A stretch of DNA of 64,000 nt from Patescibacteria group bacterium (lineage in GTDB: Bacteria; Patescibacteriota; Patescibacteriia; 2-12-FULL-60-25): positions 9,187 to 73,186 of the forward strand of contig JBPOJM010000007.1 of the NCBI GenBank assembly GCA_052033585.1. Reading direction: 5' to 3'. The translations under genes were made by a program, and so were the position numbers. This document shows, one piece after another, positions 26,167 to 33,953 of this stretch. Every line of letters starts with the position of its first letter. Position 1 is the first letter of the stretch. Under the pieces are notes generated by a model that was given only the letters and a program-made list of their open reading frames with translations, did not search any database and had not been told where the DNA came from.

Positions 26167-26241
26167 TGGCGTTCCCAAGTGGAATCGAACCACTATTTAG
26201 GGCTTAGGAGTCCCTCGTTCTATCCATTGAACTATGGGAAC
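26167..26241 (-). tRNA. tRNA-Arg (anticodon CCU), CCA encoded
   Basis: The reverse complement GTTCCCATAGTTCAATGGATAGAACGAGGGACTCCTAAGCCCTAAATAGTGGTTCGATTCCACTTGGGAACGCCA has a CTCCTAA anticodon loop. There is one A.G mismatch at the 31-39 pair. Confidence 0.8.
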
Positions 26242-26260
26242 ATGTGTCGCAAAATATATA
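26242..26260 (-). promoter_or_regulatory. conserved promoter-like motif (copy 3)
   Basis: The minus strand reads TATATATTTTGCGACACAT and ends 1 nt before the mature 5' end of tRNA-Arg. Confidence 0.45.
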
Positions 26261-26569
26261 CGTATGTCTGATGTCAAATCGAGTATAGAGGAGAGAAATC
26301 GCTACGTCAACGAATATGATATATAGAAAACCATTTTCAGCTCAAGATAACCCATCCATTTCGCCAGACATCTTCATAGGAGAAAGCGTGACAACCATCT
26401 ATCATGATTGCGGGCGTTAGGCGCAAGTTTCGATGCATAACCACGATTGAGAACGAAACCTGTACTGCATAGCAAGAGAAATAATCGATTCTTCTCAAAT
26501 AACAGAAGAAACCATCCAACCGCTGTATTGACATTCTTTTCAAAAAACCGTACTCTTGAGGCCAATCCT

Positions 26570-26839
26570 ATGCCAAACAAGCATGCCGCCATTAAAGATT
26601 TGCGTAAGAACAAGCGCCGCGCTGAACGCAACAGCCTTTTGAAGACCCACGTCAAAGCTCTTACCAAGCAAATGAACGAATTGGTCAAAGAAGGTAAGAA
26701 AACAGAAGCCGTTGCTTTAAGCAGCAAATTGCAGCAAATCATTGCGAAAGCCTCAAAGAACAACATCCTCCACGCGAACAAAGCAGGCCGCAAGACATCT
26801 TCCCTTCATCGCAAGCTTAACAAAATGGAAGCAAAATAA
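26570..26839 (+). CDS. rpsT: 30S ribosomal protein S20
   Basis: Inside track ORF 26447..26839. 'MPNKHAAIKDLRKNKRRAERNSLLKTHVKAL...ILHANKAGRKTSSL' is typical of S20. TTGACA-17-TACTCT lies at 26528-26556. Confidence 0.92.
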   Translation: MPNKHAAIKDLRKNKRRAERNSLLKTHVKALTKQMNELVKEGKKTEAVALSSKLQQIIAKASKNNILHANKAGRKTSSLHRKLNKMEAK

Positions 26840-26858
26840 GCTCACCTCTATTTTGCAT

Positions 26859-26888
26859 AAAAAGATCTCCCGCACAGGAGATCTTTTT
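26859..26888. terminator. bidirectional terminator between rpsT and holA
   Basis: aaaaagatctcc-cgcaca-ggagatcttttt. Confidence 0.75.
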
Positions 26889-26906
26889 ATGATACATTTC
26901 TGTAAA

Positions 26907-27749
26907 TCACAAAATCCCCAGCGCATCTTTCTCATCCCCATATCCCGCTCTCTGCACAAAAAACCCTTCGATCAGTTTTGCCAGCGCATCATCCGCGTTT
27001 TCCAAGGGCTGACCCTTCAATTTTCGCACGACAAACGGGTGCAACCCATCGGCCGCTCCGTCTCGCACACGCACTGCCGCACGCGCTTGTGGTAAAAACG
27101 TTGTCAGCACTTGTTTCGTAAGTTCCGACTCTTCCATAATCGCTGCCCAACGGGCATCACCTTTTACATATAACTCCGCAAACGAAAAAATACTTTGTTC
27201 TAATTCAGCATGTATAATGAACTCTCCCTCTGGATACACCGCATATTTCATCAAAGCATAAAAGCAACGCCAGCTATCACCTTCGGTCGCCTCTGAAATC
27301 CGTTTTACGCGGTTAGAATCTTGTATATTTAGCGTCTGTGCCAGTTCTAACGCCCATTCATAAAACGCTTTGCCCTGTAACAACGGGAAATCATAGCGAA
27401 CAATCTTCATCTCCTTTCCTAACTCGTTTAAAACCGTCGCCGTTGGAGGCTCATCCTCAAGCGTTAATAAAATAAACCCCTCTTGATCGCCACTCAACGC
27501 CCGTTTCAAGGTCATTCGCTGTGCTTTAGAAGATTCACCCAACACCTGTGACGTACGCACAAATCTCCGTGGCGCAAACAAACTAACCGCCCCCGCCCGC
27601 GCCGCTACCTCTGTCACCGCCTCTTTCCCGGTCGAAATACGCTCAACCGATATCCCGCTCACATCATACTTCTGCTTAAACGCCACTTCCAACTCGCGCG
27701 CCTTATCAAGCGCCCGAAACGTGTCCGGCCCACTACAAATAATCAACAT
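26907..27749 (-). CDS. holA: DNA polymerase III delta subunit-like protein
   Basis: 280 aa. 'SLFAPRRFV' and 'LHPFVVRKL' resemble conserved HolA motifs. The holA/rpsT neighbourhood matches that in Firmicutes. Confidence 0.6.
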   Translation of the reverse strand: MLIICSGPDTFRALDKARELEVAFKQKYDVSGISVERISTGKEAVTEVAARAGAVSLFAPRRFVRTSQVLGESSKAQRMTLKRALSGDQEGFILLTLEDEPPTATVLNELGKEMKIVRYDFPLLQGKAFYEWALELAQTLNIQDSNRVKRISEATEGDSWRCFYALMKYAVYPEGEFIIHAELEQSIFSFAELYVKGDARWAAIMEESELTKQVLTTFLPQARAAVRVRDGAADGLHPFVVRKLKGQPLENADDALAKLIEGFFVQRAGYGDEKDALGIL

Positions 27750-27820
27750 CGCCCATTACCATAATCTAGAAACGCAAAACGCAAAAGCCCCTGACTCGTA
27801 ACATAAAATCATCTGCCCAG

Positions 27821-28008
27821 CTCCCCTCATCTAAGGCTCGCATGCCTGTGGCTTTTTTATTCCGACAGCTGTCTGAGCAAGGAGATGATGCTGTTGGGGT
27901 CGAGTTGCGGTTGCAGGCTTCGGCTCCGGTCCACCATAAGTACTACAGGTGGAATGCGAGTTCTGTAGGAATAAAAAAGCCACAGGCATGCGAGCCCATC
28001 GCCTAAAT
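27821..28008. repeat. foldback element A1: conserved flanks, 34-bp locus-specific inverted repeats, conserved core
   Basis: IR-left at 27835-27868 (ggctcgcatgcctgtggcttttttattccgacag) pairs with IR-right at 27963-27996 with one mismatch. The core at 27869-27962 is shared with the 33.0 and 42.3 kb copies. The right flank is CATCGCCTA. Confidence 0.8.
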
Positions 28009-28012
28009 AACA

Positions 28013-30709
28013 TTATTCCATCTCCTCCCAATTCAACCCTTTCTTTGTCTCCACCACAATTGGCACCCCCACCTTCTCTACATTCTCCATGGTCTCTTTC
28101 ACAAACTGCGCCACGCGCTCCGCATCTTTCTCAGGGACCTCAAGTACAACTTCATCATGCACCTGCAACAACATCTTCGCCTCTTTACACACCATCGGTA
28201 ATTTTTTATCAATCTCAATCATCGCAAGCTTCATCAAGTCCGCCGCTGTTCCTTGCAGAGGCATATTCACGGCCATACGTTCTGCTTGTGCCCGCAACAT
28301 CGGAATCGAAGACAAAATCTCCGGCATCGGACGCTTTCGTCCAAACAACGTTTCCACGTATCCAAGCTTACGTGCCAACGCTTTCGTCTCTTCAATATAG
28401 GTCCGAAACTGCGCATACACCTGAAAATATTTCTCAATAAAAATCTTCGCTTCCGCGTACGAAATCCCTGCGACACTCGCAAGCCCATGCGCTCCTTGTC
28501 CATACAGAATTCCAAAGTTGATCGTCTTCGCCGTGCGTCGCTGATCACTCGTCACATCTTTCAATGCCACACCCGCAATCTTTGCCGCCGTCGCCCGATG
28601 AATATCCTCACCATGCAAAAACGCATCCGTCATGGCTGGATCTTTAGACAAAGCTGCCGCCAATCGCAATTCAATCTGTGAGTAGTCGCACGAGACCAAG
28701 ACATTTCCCGTGTCCGCAATAAACGCCCGACGAATTCTGCGCCCAGCCCCTGTCTTAATCGGAATATTCTGCAAATTCGGATCCGTAGACGACAACCGTC
28801 CTGTGGCTGCTACCGCTTGGTTATAGGTTGTATGTACGCGCCCCTTTGCATCCGCCAATAATGGCAGCACCTCCACATAAGTCGACAGCAGCTTCGAGAC
28901 TTCGCGGTAGTCCTCAATTTTCTCAATAATCGCATGCTGTCCACGCAGCTTCTCAAGCTCAGAAGCCGCCGTCGAATAGCCGGTTTTCCCTTTCTTTATA
29001 CCCTTCGTCGGCAATGCCAAATCCGTAAAGAGCATTTCCGCAAGTTGCGAAGGAGAAGCGGGATTAAACACACGTCCCACCATCTCCACCATCTCTTTCT
29101 CTAAACGAGATTTATCGGCACTAAATTCCTTCTGCAGAACACCAAGATATTTTCCATCCATCTTAATTCCCACCTCTTCCATCCGCGCCAAGACGGGCAC
29201 AAGCGGCAACTCAAACCGCGCCAAGACGTCCATCAATTGTTGCTTTTCCAGTTCGGCGCGCAGGGGCAGAATCAAGCCCATAACCACCTCTGCCTGCTTG
29301 ATCGGAGCCGCATCCGCCAGTAATGCCGTACCTAAATACCGCTCAGCTAAACTGGCTAAATCATGATTGCGTTCACCCGCTCCTAACAAATACGCCGCCA
29401 ACATCACATCAAACGACCAACGACCCAAATCAAGTTTCAACATCTGCAAACTTTTCACCTGAAGCTTAGCATCATGCGCCAAAAATCCCACCTTCACATC
29501 ATCAAATAGCTGCTGACAGGCATCGTGTATGTTTTTCTCCGCCCGAATCAACGTCGAAGGAATCTCAATCAAACACCCTTCACCTGTCATGAGACCAAAA
29601 ATGACGCTCTCAATGGCCTCTCCAAACAAAGATCCCTGAACCCCACGCGCCACATGCACCATCACCTCTTTTTGCTGATGAAGGCTTTGTAAAAATTCTA
29701 ACGCCTCTTTAGCACGCTCCAAACGTTTCACAGGAACATGCAAAAGAACACCCGTTCGACTACGAGCCGCCTGATGTACATCAGGCTCCATTGGGGATGT
29801 CGGAGACGCATTTTCATCCACGCGCTTGTCTTTTCCTGACATCTGAACCTTACCCACGAGCGACTTAAAGCCCATGCTTCGCAAAAACGTCCGCAACCCT
29901 TCCTGGTCTCGCTCCAATAAGTGCGGTTGCCATACAATCGGCGCATCCGTCACAATCGAAACCAAAGACACAATCGCCGGAATCTCTGATTCCGCTGCTA
30001 ACAACTTCTCGCGTGTAGACTTCGTCAAATCAGACGCTGCATCATGCGCCGCTCGCAAAATACCTTCCATATTCCCAAAGCGCTGCAACAAATCCGTCGC
30101 TCCCTTTTCTCCAATGCCCTTTACTCCTGGAATATTATCCGACGGATCACCACGCATCGCTTTATATTCCAAAAACTGCGCTGGCGTTAACCCAAAGCGC
30201 GCCTTCAACTCAGCTTCGTCATAGGTAAGCGTATCCGACACCCCTTTCTTAAACGTCATCACCGAAATCCCGGGTCGGATAAGCTGAAACGCATCCTTAT
30301 CACCCGTGACAATCACAACCTCCCACCCTTCTGCCTGCGCCCGCACCGCAATCGTCCCCAACAAATCATCCGCTTCATATCCGTCCAGCTCTAACGAATC
30401 CACCCCCAACGTCGCCAATCCCTGCTGAATCAAAGGGATCTGCGCATATAACTCGTCCGGCTGCTCCTCTCGATGTGCCTTATATTCCTTATACGCCTCA
30501 TGCCGAAACGTGGCCGCCTCCGTATCCCAACACGCCACCATCGCTTCAGGCATCTCGTTCTCGAGTAGCTTCATAACGATCATCATCACGCCATACACCG
30601 CATTCACGACCTGCCCCTCCGGATTCGTAAGCGGCGGAAGCGCATGCCAAGCACGATGCAAAAGCGCATTCGCATCCAAAATAAACAAGCGACGAGAAGC
30701 AGAAGACAT
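28013..30709 (-). CDS. polA: DNA polymerase I
   Basis: 898 aa with a 5'-nuclease N-terminus ('LILDANALLHRAWHA') and the family-A polymerase motifs 'DYSQIELRLAA', 'RRTAKTINFGILYG' and 'LLQVHDEVVLE'. Confidence 0.97.
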   Translation of the reverse strand: MSSASRRLFILDANALLHRAWHALPPLTNPEGQVVNAVYGVMMIVMKLLENEMPEAMVACWDTEAATFRHEAYKEYKAHREEQPDELYAQIPLIQQGLATLGVDSLELDGYEADDLLGTIAVRAQAEGWEVVIVTGDKDAFQLIRPGISVMTFKKGVSDTLTYDEAELKARFGLTPAQFLEYKAMRGDPSDNIPGVKGIGEKGATDLLQRFGNMEGILRAAHDAASDLTKSTREKLLAAESEIPAIVSLVSIVTDAPIVWQPHLLERDQEGLRTFLRSMGFKSLVGKVQMSGKDKRVDENASPTSPMEPDVHQAARSRTGVLLHVPVKRLERAKEALEFLQSLHQQKEVMVHVARGVQGSLFGEAIESVIFGLMTGEGCLIEIPSTLIRAEKNIHDACQQLFDDVKVGFLAHDAKLQVKSLQMLKLDLGRWSFDVMLAAYLLGAGERNHDLASLAERYLGTALLADAAPIKQAEVVMGLILPLRAELEKQQLMDVLARFELPLVPVLARMEEVGIKMDGKYLGVLQKEFSADKSRLEKEMVEMVGRVFNPASPSQLAEMLFTDLALPTKGIKKGKTGYSTAASELEKLRGQHAIIEKIEDYREVSKLLSTYVEVLPLLADAKGRVHTTYNQAVAATGRLSSTDPNLQNIPIKTGAGRRIRRAFIADTGNVLVSCDYSQIELRLAAALSKDPAMTDAFLHGEDIHRATAAKIAGVALKDVTSDQRRTAKTINFGILYGQGAHGLASVAGISYAEAKIFIEKYFQVYAQFRTYIEETKALARKLGYVETLFGRKRPMPEILSSIPMLRAQAERMAVNMPLQGTAADLMKLAMIEIDKKLPMVCKEAKMLLQVHDEVVLEVPEKDAERVAQFVKETMENVEKVGVPIVVETKKGLNWEEME

Positions 30710-30770
30710 ATCCCGACAGTATGGAATATCAGCAGAAAAACAACAAACGTATGGGATGAGATGGTCTATG

Positions 30771-30797
30771 GTACATAGTATAGTGTGTACTATGTAC
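30771..30797. other. 10-bp-stem palindrome upstream of polA
   Basis: gtacatagta-tagtgtg-tactatgtac, 62-88 nt upstream of the polA ATG. Confidence 0.4.
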
Positions 30798-30886
30798 GAT
30801 AGAGTCAGAAAAATATCTCAAACACACGAGAAAATAGACCCCCCTCTTTTTGGCTAAAATAAGATACGTTTCAATCCTCTCTTTTA

Positions 30887-30915
30887 TTGACAAAATCGCT
30901 ATATTATGATATAAA
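30887..30915 (+). promoter_or_regulatory. sigma70-like promoter TTGACA-17-TATAAA
   Basis: TTGACA at 30887-30892 and TATAAA at 30910-30915. It is followed by a long imperfect leader hairpin, gtcttttcccctt...aagggcaaaagac, at about 30946-30996. Confidence 0.5.
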
Positions 30916-31029
30916 TACCCGTTCGTACTTTGCAAAAGCATGTCCGTCTTTTCCCCTTCGAGGAGAGAAATCTTGTCTCTTCAAAGGGCAAAAGACGCAC
31001 CACAAACCCCGCGTCGCCCAGGAGAAGCC

Positions 31030-31620
31030 ATGCACTGGCAGGTAGCAATCGCGGTCATCTTCTTTTCCGTATTCACATTCAGCGAGGTCGTCGGGATCGC
31101 ATTCTGCATCTCGATCTTCGGCATGATCATCGGCGGTACCGTCATCACGATCGAAAGCCCGGATCCCATGACCAACCTCACGGTTACCGTAGGAGTTCTG
31201 CACGCGCTCGCGTGCGGCTCGCTCGCCCGGCGCGAGAAGGGCGACCCCCACTACTCCGTCCTGCTGGGATTCGTGGGCGGGAGCCTCTGCCTGGGGATCG
31301 GTTCGTCACTGTGGCCTGCATGCTTGCTCTGGGTACCATGCCTCATCGTGGGGGCATGCCTCACACCCCCCATAGTCGAACACAACAACTATCTGGAGTC
31401 ACAGCACTGCGTCACGCCACAGCGCGCGAGCTGGCTTCGCAAAATTTTCGCCGGCACGCTGGTGTGCTACGGACTCTCTACCGCCGCCTGCTCCCTCGAA
31501 CTCTTCCCGGAAGACTGGTGGAGTACGCAGGGCGGATTCATGATCTGGCTCCCACTCCTCTCCAGCATGATCCTCGCAATTTGCTGGACCAGATGGACAG
31601 AGGCGTACAAGCACACCTAA
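31030..31620 (+). CDS. hypothetical polytopic membrane protein in G+C-rich islet
   Basis: Inside track ORF 30940..31620. The ATG at 31030 is preceded by caggagaagcc, and there are several hydrophobic helices. Confidence 0.5.
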   Translation: MHWQVAIAVIFFSVFTFSEVVGIAFCISIFGMIIGGTVITIESPDPMTNLTVTVGVLHALACGSLARREKGDPHYSVLLGFVGGSLCLGIGSSLWPACLLWVPCLIVGACLTPPIVEHNNYLESQHCVTPQRASWLRKIFAGTLVCYGLSTAACSLELFPEDWWSTQGGFMIWLPLLSSMILAICWTRWTEAYKHT

Positions 31621-31753
31621 CACCCCCACCACAACCCCCGCCCCTTCTTCCCTCCTCAGCGCCCCACGTGCTCCCTTCCTCCCACGCACCCGCGACACCC
31701 GCCTCCTCGAAGGCGCGTCCATCCGGGTGCGCTTTCAATTCCAAAATATTTTT

Positions 31754-32545
31754 TTATTTCCTCTCAACCAACAGCACATTCGGCACCCCACCCAACGTCT
31801 CTTTCAACACATCCCCCTCTTCCCCTTTTACAAATATCCCCGTCGACGGCCCCCCATCCAAATTCACCACCATATCCCACGCAATTCCCATCTCCATCAA
31901 CCGTTTCATGAGCGCATATAAACTCACTTCTCCATCAGATAACACACCTAACCACACCCGCCCGTCCCGATCCGTCCCCACCCAAGAGCGCCGCGCCTCC
32001 TTCCCCGTATCCCGCGTCAGCATATCCGTCCCATCCTTGATCAAAATCGGATACGTCTGCGCACCTCCTTTTATTTGCGCCACGCGCACCCCTGAACTCG
32101 CCGTATCTAAAATGTCCATTTTTTCGTGCACAGAAATCAATCCTGATTTATCCGCATCAAATAATCGAGCTGTCTGTTTCACCCCTTCACCCACAAACAA
32201 TCCTGAGGGCGTCAGATCTTCCATAAAATACACCCCATTAATCCCCGCCACAGTTTGCGGATACAGATCCCTCCACTCACGCATCCGCATCCGTGTCCCC
32301 GTACTCGCAAAGAAAAAACGATACTGATCTTGATCAAACCCAAACAACCACAGCTGCCCCGCCGTACTCGTCGCCATGTTCGCACGCACCAACTCAATCC
32401 CAGACCCAAACGCTTGCCGTGTGACTTCTAAGCTCGGCCCCATCGTCTGCCTCGACTTCACCATCGCCGGCGGCAACGTCAAACACCCAGCTCCCAAAAG
32501 CGAGATCCCCGCCATCAATACCAATCTGATCAATACACGCCTCAT
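31754..32545 (-). CDS. phosphodiester glycosidase family (DUF2233/NAGPA-like) secreted protein
   Basis: 'GINGVYFMEDLTPSGLFV', 'RSWVGTDRDGRVWLGV' and 'VVNLDGGPSTGIFV' match this family. A signal peptide is present. Confidence 0.7.
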   Translation of the reverse strand: MRRVLIRLVLMAGISLLGAGCLTLPPAMVKSRQTMGPSLEVTRQAFGSGIELVRANMATSTAGQLWLFGFDQDQYRFFFASTGTRMRMREWRDLYPQTVAGINGVYFMEDLTPSGLFVGEGVKQTARLFDADKSGLISVHEKMDILDTASSGVRVAQIKGGAQTYPILIKDGTDMLTRDTGKEARRSWVGTDRDGRVWLGVLSDGEVSLYALMKRLMEMGIAWDMVVNLDGGPSTGIFVKGEEGDVLKETLGGVPNVLLVERK

Positions 32546-32686
32546 CCTCCCAGTTTACGCGAACACCCTCGTAACGCAAAACGAACATCCTTCGATGTTC
32601 GTTTTCCTGGAGGCGTGGGTGAGAAGGATTCCCACTTACATAGATAAAATCATCCTCCCATCTATGGTTAAATGAGAGGATATTTT

Positions 32687-32761
<75 letters not shown>

Positions 32762-32828
32762 GACGAGTGAGCGTACAAAAGCCTAAAGCTTTCGGTTCCG
32801 AACGAGGAGGCGCGGCACGAAGTACCAC

Positions 32829-32854
32829 GCCCTGTCGCTCGCGAGCGACAGGGC
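32829..32854. repeat. 26-bp perfect palindrome of the GTCGCTCGCGAGCGAC type
   Basis: gccctgtcgctcgcgagcgacagggc has the same central motif as the hairpins inside the 45793-45902 repeat. Confidence 0.6.
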
Positions 32855-32968
32855 ACGCCACATCGTCCATATACATACGACAGGCAACCCAATCATTCGC
32901 ACATCGAATTGTAAACGTCATGATCCTAACAAACTCCCCCCAATCCGTGAAGCCCCGGCCCATTCCCG

Positions 32969-33163
32969 CCCCCTCCTCCTCACCTAGAGCTCCGTTTGTG
33001 TGTTCTTTTTCCCCGTACTGCTGTCTGAGCAAGGAGACGACACCGCTGCTCTCGATTTGCGGTTGCAGGTGTTGGCTCCGGTCCGCCACAAATAAAGCTC
33101 CTCGGCGGAATGCGAGTTCAGTACGGGGAAAAAGAACAAACAAACGGAGCCCATCGCCTATAT
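32969..33163. repeat. foldback element A2
   Basis: IR-left at 32989-33020 (gctccgtttgtgtgttctttttccccgtactg) pairs with IR-right at 33119-33150 with one mismatch. The core at 33021-33118 is in the same orientation as A1. The flanks are ccccctcctcctcacctaga on the left and ccatcgcctatat on the right. Confidence 0.8.
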
Positions 33164-33196
33164 ATTTTTCCGCCCGAAGGCCATCCGCATCAAACA

Positions 33197-33226
33197 AAAA
33201 CCCCTCCATTTACTAGGAGGGGTTTT
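33197..33226 (-). terminator. intrinsic terminator of the 3D-domain gene
   Basis: aaaacccctcc/ggaggggtttt, with a T-run on the minus strand. Confidence 0.7.
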
Positions 33227-33235
33227 ATGTATTTC

Positions 33236-33883
33236 TTATTTCTGCCCACACTTCGTATCCGTCTTACGGGCAATCTTCATCTCCGGATCATTCCATTTAT
33301 GGGCATTCGTTCCCATTTCAATGATCTCAATTTTTACATTTTTCTTATACCCCCATTGATACATATCTTTGGTGTTATCCATCCAAATATCAATACGGGT
33401 CGTATAACGAGCATTCATACGGTCACGCACTTCGAAAACTTTGTCCCCAAAATAGTCAGGGATACGAAATTTGGTTCCAAATGGAAGGCCGTTTGAGGCC
33501 ACCATTCCATCAAACACAACAGATCCATCTGCAGATACGCAAGGAGAATCATCTGTCTCCTGCGGGCGAGACGTATAGGCCGTCATTTCACGATACAAAA
33601 CCTTGATCGTCTGTGCAGGAGCATCAGAAGGCTCCACAATCGGTTCCTCCATCACCTCAGGCTCATCCGCACTCGCGATATGATCCACCCAGGTACGGCT
33701 AACGACCGCACTTGTAGAGGTATAGGCATTGTCTGCCAAAGCAATCGAAACCGTTTTAGCCGAGGCAACGCTGGACGCAAAGGCGGAAAGCAGCGAGAAT
33801 AGGGCTAAGGCAATCTTGAACGTTTGGAATCCAATGGAAGATAAATTCATGGGGGAAATAAAGAACCTCTGGAGGGCCTGCAA
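33236..33883 (-). CDS. 3D-domain (MltA-like barrel) cell-wall protein
   Basis: 'MTAYTSRPQETDDSPCVSADGS...NGLPFGTKFRIPDYFGDKVFEVRDRMNARYTTRIDIWM' is typical of a 3D domain. An N-terminal signal/TM segment is present. Confidence 0.78.
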   Translation of the reverse strand: MQALQRFFISPMNLSSIGFQTFKIALALFSLLSAFASSVASAKTVSIALADNAYTSTSAVVSRTWVDHIASADEPEVMEEPIVEPSDAPAQTIKVLYREMTAYTSRPQETDDSPCVSADGSVVFDGMVASNGLPFGTKFRIPDYFGDKVFEVRDRMNARYTTRIDIWMDNTKDMYQWGYKKNVKIEIIEMGTNAHKWNDPEMKIARKTDTKCGQK

Positions 33884-33953
33884 AACACAACGTATTAGGC
33901 AGATCTCTCAAAGGTTCGAAGGGATAGAATACTCCATTTTTGCCATTTTGTCA

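Noticed and set aside
30930-32327. A 465-aa plus-strand ORF.
   Set aside because: It is antisense to the well-supported phosphodiester glycosidase gene (31754..32545) and out of frame with the 31030..31620 ORF. Its translation is Pro/Arg/Ser-rich junk.
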